Below, piece by piece: positions 35,341 to 45,876 of a stretch of 64,000 nucleotides of DNA. The DNA is from an uncultured Acidobacteriota bacterium. GTDB lineage: Bacteria > Acidobacteriota > UBA6911. The DNA is taken from contig CAVZBT010000001.1 of assembly GCA_963773605.1 (NCBI GenBank), positions 130,173-194,172 on the forward strand, in the 5' to 3' direction. Made by a program: the position numbers and the translations under genes. Positions within the stretch are counted from its first letter, which is position 1. The number at the start of each line of letters is the position of its first letter. The notes beneath the pieces were generated by a model. That model did no database searches. It saw only the letters and a program-made list of their open reading frames with translations, and was not told where the DNA came from.

Positions 35341-36309
35341 ATGCTATTTGGAATCACTGTGGGAGATTCGAGCGGGATTGGCCCGGAGATCCTACTGAAG
35401 GCCTGGAGGAGCGGCGAGATCCGTCACCCGGTGGTGGCGTACGGCGACCGCGAGGTGCTGGATTACTACAACTCCCGGTTCGGATATTCGGTGCCCGTGA
35501 CGACCATCGCCGATCCCGCCGAGCGGCGCGATGGCGCGCTTTGCGTCATCGATTCCGGCATCATGAAGGCCGGGGACGTCACGGTCGGGCAGCTCAACGC
35601 CAAGTCGGGACGCGCCGCCCGCGCGTACGTCATCGCTGCCGCCCGCGCCGCGCTGGCCGGACGGATCTCCGCGATGACGACGCTGCCTGTCAACAAAGAG
35701 GCCACGCGGCTCTCCGACCCGAAGTTCGTGGGCCACACGGAGCTGATCGGGGAAGTCTGCGGCGTCAAGGACGTCACCATCATGCTGGTTTCCGAACAGC
35801 TGATTGCGACGCATGTGAGCACGCACGTCTCGCTGCGGACTGCCATAGAGCGGGTGAAAAAGGAGCGCATCTGCAAAATCCTTCAGATGACGTGGGACGC
35901 CGTCCGGCGGATCCGGCCCAACCCGCGCATCGCGGTGGCGGGTCTCAACCCTCACGCGGGCGAAAATGGCCTGTTCGGGGACGAGGACCGCGCGGAAGTC
36001 CGGCCCGCGGTGGAGTGGGCGATCGGGCAGGGAATGAGCGTCAGCGGCCCCTATCCGCCCGATACCGTGTTTTACATGGCCGTACGGCGCAAGAAGTTCG
36101 ATGCAATCGTCTGCATGTACCACGACCAGGGGCACATTCCGCTCAAGCTGCTTGATTTCGAGGCGGGCGTGAACGTCGCGCTCGGGCTGCCGATCGTGCG
36201 CACGTCGGTCGATCACGGGACCGCGTTCGACATCGCCGGCCAGGGGGTCGCCGCCACGAGCAGCCTCATCAGTGCGCTGGAGCTCGCGGCCCGGCTCGCC
36301 GCTCCCTGA
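35341..36309 (+). CDS. PdxA-family 4-hydroxythreonine-4-phosphate dehydrogenase-like enzyme (PdxA2-type context)
   Basis: Motifs GDSSGIGPEILLKA, GHTELIGE, HAGENG, YHDQGHIP and DHGTAFDIAG. Confidence 0.85.
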   Translation: MLFGITVGDSSGIGPEILLKAWRSGEIRHPVVAYGDREVLDYYNSRFGYSVPVTTIADPAERRDGALCVIDSGIMKAGDVTVGQLNAKSGRAARAYVIAAARAALAGRISAMTTLPVNKEATRLSDPKFVGHTELIGEVCGVKDVTIMLVSEQLIATHVSTHVSLRTAIERVKKERICKILQMTWDAVRRIRPNPRIAVAGLNPHAGENGLFGDEDRAEVRPAVEWAIGQGMSVSGPYPPDTVFYMAVRRKKFDAIVCMYHDQGHIPLKLLDFEAGVNVALGLPIVRTSVDHGTAFDIAGQGVAATSSLISALELAARLAAP

Positions 36310-36623
36310 TCTGGTTTCTGTTGCGAGATTGGAGACTCGCCCCAAGGTGCAGGACTTCGCCGACGAAAGCGAGCGGCCACAACGTGTAGAGTCTGCGAGG
36401 GGCGACACCCGCGTCTGACGCGTCGAGACCGTATAAAGCTTGCGTCGAGCGCCGCCACCTTAGTACTGCCGTTCGTAATTACGGTAACGCGACGCCCGCG
36501 GCCCTCTTCGTGGTGTTCAGCGCGCAGCGGTGAACTGCCACGTCATTCACAGCGTCCCCTCGACCTTTGCCTGCGTTCATCCGCGTCCCCTACAAACGTT
36601 ATCGTATTTACGGAATCCGGTAC

Positions 36624-38193
36624 TTAGTGAGCGGGGGTGGCGGAGCTCGCGTGTTTGGGGGGAGGTTTCATCAGCAGCAGGAGCGGTAGCAACAAGAGGA
36701 AGACGATGGCCATGAACTGGAATACGTGTGAGAAGGAAAGGATTGCCGCCTGCTTCTGCAGCATCCCGGCGACGACGGCGTAGGCCCTTTTCGAAGCGGT
36801 AGCGGCGTCCGTGCCGCGCGCCATCATGCCCGCGCGCAGGCTGTCGAGCAGCGCGCGCGTCTGCGGGTCGTACGCACTGACATGCGTGCCGAGGAAGCTG
36901 AGTTCCCGCTGCTGCTGCCGCGCCAGGATTGTCGTCGCCGTCGCGATCCCGATGCTGCCGCCGAGGTTCCGCATGAGATTGAAGATACTGGCGGCGTTGC
37001 CCATCGCCTCCTTGGCGATCGGGGCCATCGTGATGGTCGTGAGCGGCACAAACAGCAGTCCAAGTGCGATCCCCTGGATGAACTGGGGCCAGAAGATGTC
37101 CCAGTAGCCGATGTTCAGGTTCAGGCTGCCGAGCCAGAACAACGTCAGACCCGCCGCCCGTCATTCCCAGCGCCAGCAGCTTCCTCGCGCCGGCGCGGGC
37201 CAGGATGAGCCCGATGACCGGCATGGCCAGGAACGAACCCATGCCGCGCGGGGCGAGCGCGATGCCGGCCTGCAGCGGCGGGTAATCGAGCAGGGTCTGC
37301 ATCAGGATGGGCAGCAGTACCAGGCTGCCGAAGAGGACGAATCCGACCATGGTCATCAGGAAGACGCCCGTACTGAAGGTGCGGTCCTTCAGGATCCGAA
37401 GGTTGACCACGGGGTCCCGCGTCGTCAGCTCGCGCAGAACAAACAGCGCAAGCCCGAAGGCCGACACGACCGCCAGTGTCACCATGAAACGCGAGGCGAA
37501 CCAGTCGTCCTCCTGCCCCTTGTCGAGCAGTACCTGCAGCGCGCCGATTCCGACGGTCAGCAGCCCGATGCCCCAGAAGTCGATCCGGGCCGATTTCTTC
37601 CCGATGTAGGGCGGGTCGAAAATGAACATCTTGGTCATCACCAGCGAGATGATCCCGATCGGCAGATTGACATAGAAGATCCAGCGCCAGCTGTACCGGT
37701 CGGTCAGCCAGCCGCCCAGCACGGGGCCGAGGATCGGCGCGACGACGATGCCGAGGCCCCAGAACGCCATCGCCTTGCCGCGCCCTTCGGGCGGAAACGC
37801 CTCCAGCAGCACGGCCTGCGACAGCGGCTGCAGCGCCCCGCCCGTCGCACCCTGGAGCACGCGGAAGGCGACCAGCGACGCGAGGTTCGGGGCCAGCCCG
37901 CAGAAGAAAGAGGCGATCGTGAAGCCCGCGACGGACAGCATCAGGAGCCGTTTGCGGCCGAAGTGGTTCGCCAGCCACCCCGTCAGCGGCAGGATTACCG
38001 CGTTCGCCACGAGGTACGAAGTGAGCGCCCAGGTCGACTCGTCGATGCTGGCCGAGAGGCTCCCGGCGATGTGCGGCAGCGAGACGTTCACGACGGTGGT
38101 GTCGAGCACCTCCATGAAGGTGCTGAACATCACCGAGACCGCGATGATCCAGGGATTGATGCCGGCCGTGTGCGGCTTTGAGTGATCGTCCAT
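36624..38193 (-). pseudogene. DHA2 (EmrB/QacA-type) MFS efflux transporter, one frameshift (possibly a sequence error)
   Basis: ORF 36577-38193 (good until ...LALGMTGGG) and ORF 36624-37142 (FWLGSLNLNIGYWDIFWPQFIQG...) are colinear. Removing one base at about 37149 restores ...GMTGGGLTLFWLGSLNLN. Confidence 0.8.
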
Positions 38194-38195
38194 CC

Positions 38196-39495
38196 TCAGC
38201 GAACCCGCACGGTCGTGTAGACGGACATGCCGGGGCGCAGCAGGTGTTGCGGGTCCTGCCCCTTGTCGATGGAAATCTTGACCGGGATGCGCTGGACCAC
38301 CTTTACGTAGTTTCCGGTCGCGTTTTCGGGCGGCAGCAGGCTGAACCGCGCCCCGGTGGCCGCGGCGATGCTCTCGACGCGCCCCTTGTATGCGCGCCCC
38401 CCGTAGGCGTCGACGCTGATGACGGCCGGTTGCCCGGGTTTCATGTGCCTCATCTGGGTTTCCTTGAAATTGGCGGTTACCCAGATGTCCTCGAGCGGCA
38501 CGACGGCCATCAGCGGCTGTCCGGGCTGGACCACCTGTCCGGTCTCGACGTCCTTTTTCGCGACGATGCCCGACACCGACGCCGTGATAAAGGTGTATTC
38601 CACGTTGAGCTGTGCCTGCCTCAGGGCAGCCTTCGCCTGTTGCACGCGCGCGACGGCCGCATCCGCGTCCGCGCGGGATATCGTGACCTGCTGGGGTGCT
38701 GTTCCGGTCGCCTCCAGCTCGGCCTTCGCCTGGGCGACGGAGCCTTCCGACTGGGTGTGCCGAGCCTGCGCGGATTCAATGCCTTTCTCAGCCTCGCGGA
38801 TCGCCGCCGTCGGCAGAATCGCGCTGTCCGCTCGCGGCCTCGGCGGCCGCGACGACGGCGTCGTATTGCTGCCTGGAGATCTCGTCCTTCTCCACGAGGG
38901 TTTTCATGCGCTCCAGGTCCTGGGCGGCTTTCCTGTAGTTCGCCTCCGCCTGGCGGGCCTGGGCCTGGGCGGATGCGAGGCGCGCCCGCGCCACTTCCAC
39001 CTCGCGTCCGGCCGAAACGGCGCCCGCCTCCGTCTGCTGCAGGGCGGCGCGCGCCGTGTCAATCTGGCTGCGGCTGGTGGTCGACGTCACCGGGACCCGC
39101 GTCGCGGCCGCCCTGGCTGCCGCCTCGGCGTTGGCCAGGTTGGCCTCTGCGTGCTGCAGCGCGACCTCGTAATCCCTCGGATCGATCTGCACCAGCAGCG
39201 TGCCGGCGGCGACGTACTGATTGTCGCCGACGTTCACCTTAATGACCGTTCCCCCCACCCGGGCGGCGACCGGGTTCACGTGGGCGTCGATCTGAGCGTC
39301 GTCGGTCGATTCGCGCACGGCATAATAGCTCCAGGCCGCGCATCCGCCGGCGGCGAGGAGCGCGACGACGGCGGCGAGTACCAGGACAAGAAAAGGCCGC
39401 CGGCGCAGCCGCAGCAGGAAGCCGCCGGGAGGACCTGCCCGGCCGGGGCTTTCGGCCCCCTCCGCCTCGACGGGCGCCGCAATTTCGTGCGACAT
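38196..39495 (-). pseudogene. HlyD/EmrA-type membrane-fusion protein, one frameshift (possibly a sequence error)
   Basis: N-terminal ORF 38788-39498 (TM helix, coiled coil) and C-terminal ORF 38196-38645 (barrel-sandwich part). The frames join at about 38829, where removing one base gives ...AAAEAASDSAILPTAAIREAEKG... The ATG overlaps the tolC-like stop (TGATG). Confidence 0.8.
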
Positions 39496-40949
39496 CACTT
39501 CCCCCTGAGAAACTGTTCGAACGAGCTCTCCGCAACTCCCAGTGCCCGGGCCAGGCTGGCCTTGGCGATGTTGAATTCGTACATGCTGGCGATCAGGTCC
39601 TCCTGGGCGAGCGCGAGCGACTCCTGCGCCTGTACTACTTCGATGTGGTCGGACACGCCGGCCTGGAAGCGGTCCTGCGCCTGGGCGAACTGCCGCCGGG
39701 CCAAGTCCAGCGTGCTCTGCGCCACCTTCACGCGGGCCCCGGACGAGTTCAGCTCGAAGAAGATGGTCCGTACCTCGTAGTAGATCCGCGCGCGTAGGTC
39801 TTCGGCCCGGGCGCGCTGCTGCTCCAGGGTTGCCTCGCTCTCCATCACGCGACCGCGCACTCTCCCTCCCTGGAAAATCGGGATGCGGAGGTTAGCCAGG
39901 ACCGTGTAGGTCCCGTGGGACTGCATCGGGCTGGGGCCGATGTCGCCGTAGTCCGCGTTCACCTCGAGCGATGGGAGACGTTCGGCGGCAGCCGCCCGGC
40001 GCTCAAACTCCAGGGAACGCACGTGGGCCTGGGCGGCAAGATAGTCGGCCCGGCTGGCATACGCCTGCTTGAGCGCTTCCTCCAGCGAAGGCGGGCTATA
40101 CGGGGCGAAGGGGAGGGGATCGGTCAGGGCAAACTCCTGTCCCACCGGCAGCCCGATCGCCCGCGCCAGATTCAGTTTTTCGCGCTCGGCCTCCTCCCCG
40201 GCGTGGCTGAACTGCTGTTGCCGGGCCTGCATTTCGACCTGTGCCCGTAACACGTCGATGCCGGCGATGACGCCGGCCTGCTTGCGGTCCACCGCCAGCT
40301 CGTAGAGCGCCGCGGCGGTAGTGTATTGCGCCCGCGCGGCCGCGATCCGGCTCTGGCCCGCGACGGCCTGGAGGTAGAGGTTGCCGCACACGAGCACGAC
40401 CAGCTCGCGCGTGTCGCGGGCCGAGTACTCCGCCGCGGTCACGTTTTCCGACTCCGCCCTGGCCTGGTTCAGGGCCCGGAAATCAAGGACGGGGTGGGTC
40501 AGGTAAACGCGCGTGTCGAACACGCCGAAGGGGCCGACGACGGCAGGCATCCCGGGGAATCCGGCGAAACCGAACGCGGCCAGGTTCACCTGACGGCTGC
40601 TCTCGTTGGTCGCCGTCGAGAGGTTGGGGAGGAGGTCGCTGAGCGCGCGCAGCCGCGCCCCGCGGGCGGACCGGACACTCTGCCCCTGCAGCAGCATCCC
40701 CAGGTTGTGTTTGAGCCCCAGCCGGATTGCGTCGGTCAGCGACAGCGGCATCACCCCGGGGGTCGGGCTCCCCTCCGGCACCCCGCCCATCAGCGGGTTC
40801 TGATCGCCGGCCGGGGAGAACCCAGCCGGCGGAGCCGAGCTCTGCGGCATCGCCGAGGTTGTGGCGCCGACCGTGGTCTGAGCGGCCGCGGCCGGCCCGA
40901 ACAGCGCGCCGAGGAGCAGCGCGAGCCTCCAACTTCCTTTCCGTCTCAT
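39495..40949 (-). CDS. TolC-family outer-membrane efflux protein
   Basis: 484-aa ORF with a signal peptide and two repeated helical/beta halves typical of OEP/TolC. It is the first gene of an operon with the HlyD and MFS genes. Confidence 0.85.
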   Translation of the reverse strand: MRRKGSWRLALLLGALFGPAAAAQTTVGATTSAMPQSSAPPAGFSPAGDQNPLMGGVPEGSPTPGVMPLSLTDAIRLGLKHNLGMLLQGQSVRSARGARLRALSDLLPNLSTATNESSRQVNLAAFGFAGFPGMPAVVGPFGVFDTRVYLTHPVLDFRALNQARAESENVTAAEYSARDTRELVVLVCGNLYLQAVAGQSRIAAARAQYTTAAALYELAVDRKQAGVIAGIDVLRAQVEMQARQQQFSHAGEEAEREKLNLARAIGLPVGQEFALTDPLPFAPYSPPSLEEALKQAYASRADYLAAQAHVRSLEFERRAAAAERLPSLEVNADYGDIGPSPMQSHGTYTVLANLRIPIFQGGRVRGRVMESEATLEQQRARAEDLRARIYYEVRTIFFELNSSGARVKVAQSTLDLARRQFAQAQDRFQAGVSDHIEVVQAQESLALAQEDLIASMYEFNIAKASLARALGVAESSFEQFLRGK

Positions 40950-41256
40950 TTTCCCGCAAGTCCTTTCCAGGTCAGGTGAACACGGTTGCTGGTGTTAGGG
41001 GGGCTGGGGGTGAGTTGGGTTGCCCTGGCCGGCATACCGGCCAGTGAGTCAGAGTGCCAGATCCTCGTGAGTTTTCAATAGCATTCTGCGTGGGGAAGGG
41101 ACTTCTCGATTCGGTATTTTTGTGGCAGGTTGCGGATCGCCGTTCAGGAACGGCGCAGAAAAACACATGCCGTCACGGAAGGCGTCGGGAAAGGCATCTC
41201 AAAATTCCGCCATTTCGGTGGCTTCCGAGGCAGCCAGTTGCAGTAGGCTTACCGTG

Positions 41257-44026
41257 ATGGAAGAAAATCAACTCAGCGCCGACGTCCACCTGCTGGGCGA
41301 CCTCCTGGGATCAGTCCTGCGCGAGCAGGAAGGGGCAAGCCTCTACGACATCGAGGAAGAACTCCGGGCCATGGCCAAGCGCCTGCGCGCGAGCTACTCC
41401 GCCGCCGAGAGCCGCACGATCAGGCGCCTCGTGCGCGGCCTGGACGTGGCCGCCGCCACCAGCATCCTGCGCGCCTTCACCGTCTATTTCCACCTGATCA
41501 ACGAAGCCGAACAGAAAGAGATCGTCCGGGTCAACCGCGAACGGGAGCTTCATCCCGAGCAGAAACCCCGGCTCGAATCCATCGCCGAGGCGGTCTACTG
41601 GGCGAGGGCCAGCGGCATCAGCGCCGCTGGCCTCCGGTCCCTGGTGCGTTCGCTGAGCATCGAGCCGGTGTTTACGGCCCACCCGACCGAGGCGAAGCGG
41701 CGGACGGTCCTGATGAAGCTCAAGCGCATCTCGGCACTGCTGTTCGAACTGCGCCGCGACGGGGCGCTGCCGCGCGAGAAGGAGCGCATGACCGCCGAAA
41801 TCCGGCGCCACATCACGTCCCTCTGGCAGACGGACGAGGTGCGTGCGACCACCCTCACCCCGATGGACGAGGTGGAAAACGGCCTGTTCTTCTTCGGCGA
41901 AACCGTCTGGCCGCTGGTCTCCTGGCTACGCGACGACCTCAGCCGCGCCATCCGCCGCTACTACCCGGGATTGCGGCTCGAGGTCCCCGTGTTCCTGCGT
42001 TTCGGCTCCTGGATCGGGGGGGACCGCGACGGCAACCCGAACGTCACGCCGGAAGTCACGCGCAGTGCCGTGCGGGCCCACCGGGCGCTCGCCCTGCGAC
42101 AGCACATCCGGTCGGTGCGCCGCCTGCGCCGCGAATTGAGCCAGTCGGTGCGTTTGGTGCCGATCAGCGGCGCCTTGAAGCGCTCCATCGAGAGCGACCG
42201 GGCCGAGATTCCGCCCGACGACATCACCGCCCGCCGGTACCACGTCGAACCCTACCGCCTCAAGCTGTGGATGATGGAACGGCGCCTGCTGAACACGCTG
42301 GCGGCCGGCGGCGGGCCCGACGGCCCGGTTTACCCTGGGGCGCGGGAGTTAGTGGCCGACCTGCGCCTCATCCAGGCAGAGCCTGCGGGAGAACCGGGGA
42401 GCGGTCATCGCGGGCGACGGCATCCTGAACGATACGATTCTGCAAGCCGAGACCTTCGGGTTTCACATGGCCGAGCTCGACGTCCGCCAGCACCGCGACG
42501 AGCACGGCCGCGCGCTCGGAGAGATCCTCGCGGCCCTCCGGATCCTCGACCAGCCGTATGCCCGGATGGACGAGGATGAGAAGGTCGCGCTGCTGACCAG
42601 CCTGCTGCAGTCCCCGCGCCCGCTGATCAGCCCCACGGTGCCGCTGCCCGCGGCGGCGGAACGGACCGTCGATCTCTTCCGCGCAATCCGCGAAAGCCAC
42701 CAGCGGCACGGTACCGGGGTGATCCGTTGCTATGTCGTCAGCTTCACGCGCAACGTGAGCGAGCTGCTCGAGGTCCTGCTGCTCGCGAAGGAAGCCGGCA
42801 TTTTCCGGTGGCGCCCGCAGCGCGACGCCCTCGTGCCCGAGAGCGACCTCGACATCGTCCCGCTGCTCGAGACCGTCGAAGATCTCCGGGCCGCGGGGAG
42901 GTTCCTCCGCAGGCTCTTCGCCAATCCGGTCTATGCGCTGCAGCTGAAGTCGCGCGGAAACACGCAGGAGATCATGCTCGGGTATTCCGACAGCAACAAG
43001 GACGGCGGGTACCTGTCGGCGAACTGGGAACTGTACAAGGCGCAAGAAGTGATCGCGGCCGCCTGCCGCGAGCACGGCGTCACCTGGCGGTTCTTTCACG
43101 GCCGCGGCGGCAGCATCGGCCGCGGCGGCGGGCGCACCGGCCAGGCCATCCTGTCGCAGCCGCTCGGCAGCGTGGCCGGGCGTTTCCGTTTCACCGAGCA
43201 GGGGGAAGTCATCTCGTTCCGGTACTCGCTGCGGGCGCTCGCGCACCGCCACCTCGAACAGATTGTGCACGCGGTCATGCTGACCAGCGCGCCCCCGGCC
43301 AAAAAGAGCTGGCATCACCCGGTTCCACCCGAGTGGGCGTCGGAGCTTGAACGGGTTGCGGAGCTGTCGCGTGCCGCCTACCGGCAGTTGGTGTACGATG
43401 AACCGGGTTTCTGGGATTTCTACACGCAGGCGACCCCGGTGCGCTACATCAGCCGCCTACCGATCGCCTCGCGTCCAGCGCAACGCAAAGGATTGCAGGA
43501 GCTCGAGGACCTCCGGGCGATCCCCTGGGTTTTCAGCTGGACCCAGACGCGCTTCATGATCCCGAGCTGGTACGGGATGGGGAGTGCGCTCGGGTCTTCG
43601 CTACCGCAGGAGGAGAAGCTGCGTCAGTACCGCGCCATGTACGGGAACTGGTCGTTTTTCCGCACCCTCATCGACACCTGCTCGATGGGGGTGGCGAAGG
43701 CCGACCTGCAAGTGGCGGGGCAGTATGCGGCCTTGGTCAGGCCTGCGGCCCTGCGCCACCGGATTTTCGGGCGGATCACCCGCGAGTTCGCCCTGACGAA
43801 AAGGGCGCTGCTCGCCATCAGCAACCAGCGCGAGATCCTCGACAGCGCCCCCGTCATTCAGAGGTCGATCCGGTTGCGCAACCCGTATACCGATGCGCTG
43901 AACTACCTCCAGGCGGAACTCCTGCGCCGGGCCCGCACCGCCCGCGCGCCCGACCAGGACCAGCTGAACTCGGCGCTGCTGCTCAGCATCAACGGCATCG
44001 CGGCGGCCATGCAGGAAACCGGGTAG
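41257..44026 (+). pseudogene. ppc: phosphoenolpyruvate carboxylase, one frameshift (probably a sequence error)
   Basis: Motifs VFTAHPTE, GYSDSNKDGG and FHGRGGSIGRGGG, with C-terminal ...AAMQETG. ORFs 41122-42579 and 42467-44026 join at about 42376 (...DLRLIQ | SLRENRGAVIAGDG...), behaving as a 1-nt insertion. Confidence 0.85.
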
Positions 44027-44069
44027 TGGATTTGCGGGCGAATCTGCAACTCTTTCTGAGGAGGATTTC

Positions 44070-44786
44070 ATGGGTATGGCTATGGCATTTTTCTTCTGTG
44101 CTGCAACGCTGGTTCCACCGCTGCAGGAAGATATCCTGAAGACGTCGGGAGGGGACCTGAAGATGACATTCATCGGGCACGGGACCCTGATGTTCACCTT
44201 CGGCGGCCACGTGATCCATGTCGACCCGGTCTCGAGCGCGGTCGATTATGCGACGCTCCCCAGGGCGAACCTGATCCTCGTCACGCACGAGCACGGCGAC
44301 CACCTGGACGTGAAGGCGATCCGGACGCTGAGCACCCCGTCGACGGTGGTGCTGGCCAGCCCGAGTTGTGCAAAGGCCCTCCCGGCCGCCACCATCATTT
44401 CCAACGGGGAAACCCGCACGGTTGCAGGCCTCAAGATCGAGGCCGTGCCGGCGTACAACCTCGTGCACAAGCGTCCCGACGGCGCCCCGTTCCACCCCAA
44501 AGGCAGCGGTAACGGGTACATCATCACCTTCGGCGACAAGCGAGTCTATGTCGCGGGCGATACCGAAAACATCCCTGAGATGCAGGCGCTCACCGGCATC
44601 GACGTGGCCTTCCTCCCGATGAACCTCCCGTACACGATGACGCCGGAGATGGTCGCCGAAGCCGCGAAGGTCGTCCGGCCGAAGATCCTTTACCCGTACC
44701 ACTACGGCAATACCGACCCGACGAACCTGGTGAACCTGCTGAAGGGCGAGAAGGGAATCGAAGTGCGGATCCGCGCCCTGAAATAG
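44070..44786 (+). CDS. MBL-fold metallo-hydrolase
   Basis: AGGAGG precedes the ATG. The HxHxDH motif is present (THEHGDHLD). Confidence 0.8.
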   Translation: MGMAMAFFFCAATLVPPLQEDILKTSGGDLKMTFIGHGTLMFTFGGHVIHVDPVSSAVDYATLPRANLILVTHEHGDHLDVKAIRTLSTPSTVVLASPSCAKALPAATIISNGETRTVAGLKIEAVPAYNLVHKRPDGAPFHPKGSGNGYIITFGDKRVYVAGDTENIPEMQALTGIDVAFLPMNLPYTMTPEMVAEAAKVVRPKILYPYHYGNTDPTNLVNLLKGEKGIEVRIRALK

Positions 44787-44790
44787 GCGG

Positions 44791-44896
44791 GTCGGCGTAG
44801 GGGGGAAGTCTGCAAGTGTAACGCCGACGGACGCCGACGAAGTGGGTGGTCGGCGCGAGCCGGCGTACGGGGAAAGTCTGCAGCTGTACGCGCCGC
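44791..44896. repeat. three tandem hairpins, two sharing a GGCGTA-GGGG(G)AAGTCTGCA-TGTA-ACGCC unit (likely bidirectional terminator region)
   Basis: Hairpin 1: GTCGGCGT (44791-44798) / ACGCCGAC (44821-44828). Hairpin 2: CGCCGAC (44832-44838) / GTCGGCG (44849-44855). Hairpin 3: a second copy of the GGGGAAAGTCTGCAG unit at 44859-44896. Confidence 0.5.
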
Positions 44897-44897
44897 T

Positions 44898-45806
44898 TTA
44901 CAGGCCGAGGACAAGCCTGTCGATGCGTTTCCGGACATCCGTGAGGTAGCCCAGGTCCCCCTCGTCGAGTTCCGCCGTGACGGTGCCCGAGTAGCCGACC
45001 TCGGCCAGCGCCTTGCGGATTTCCGGCCACGGGACATCCCCTTCGCCGAGGTTGACAAACTCCGCCGTGAAAGGGCTGAAGCCCTTGGATGTCACCTTGA
45101 AGTCCTTCAGGTGCACTTTGACGATCCGTTTCCCCAGCGTCCGGATCCAGTCCTGCGAGTAGCCGAAGAGCAGGACATTTCCGACATCGAAGTAGGCCCG
45201 GACCCAAGGGCTCTTGAAGCTGTCGACATAGCGGGCAAATTCGATGGGGCTGATCAGGAACTTGTTCCAGACTTCTTCCACCGCGATGATGATTTTGTTC
45301 TCCGCGGCGAACGGGATCAGTTCGCGGATGTGCTTCTGCGAACGGTCCCACGCTTCCTGGTAGCGGGTCTGGGGGTTGACGACTCCCGGGACCAGCAGCA
45401 CTGCGTCCGCTCCCCAGAGCCTGGCGTTGCGGATCGAGGTCCGCATCCCCTCCATGCTTTTCTGGATCGCCGTCGGGTCGCTCGAGGAGAGCGGGAATTC
45501 CCAGTGCGCCTGGTTCATCACCGAGGTGATCCGGATTTTGGCGTCATCGGCTCCCTTCTTGATCTCCTCCGCCGTGCGCTGATCCGGTGTGGTATAGGCC
45601 TCGACCGTCTCGAAGCCGGCGTCGGCCGCCATTTTGAACCGGTCCGCGATGCTGCTCTTCTCCGGCAGCATGCCCCAGACCAGGCCTTTCAGCAGCTTCC
45701 CCCCCGGCGCCTGGGGCGCCGCCACGGCGGGCGCCGACAGGCCCGCGACCGCGGCCACGCCCAACGAGGCTTTCAGAAAATCCCGACGTGTGGCTTCCGA
45801 GCTCAT
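44898..45806 (-). CDS. sugar phosphate isomerase/epimerase (xylose-isomerase-like TIM barrel), Tat-exported
   Basis: The start is MSSEATRRDFLKASLGVAAVAGLSAPAVAA (ATG 45806 after GGGAGGAAAC) inside ORF 44898-45863. Confidence 0.8.
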   Translation of the reverse strand: MSSEATRRDFLKASLGVAAVAGLSAPAVAAPQAPGGKLLKGLVWGMLPEKSSIADRFKMAADAGFETVEAYTTPDQRTAEEIKKGADDAKIRITSVMNQAHWEFPLSSSDPTAIQKSMEGMRTSIRNARLWGADAVLLVPGVVNPQTRYQEAWDRSQKHIRELIPFAAENKIIIAVEEVWNKFLISPIEFARYVDSFKSPWVRAYFDVGNVLLFGYSQDWIRTLGKRIVKVHLKDFKVTSKGFSPFTAEFVNLGEGDVPWPEIRKALAEVGYSGTVTAELDEGDLGYLTDVRKRIDRLVLGL

Positions 45807-45876
45807 CGTTTCCTCCCTGGTGCCGGCCGTAGCCCGCGGGCCGGCATTGCCGCCCGCGGGCACGACCGTGGCCGTT

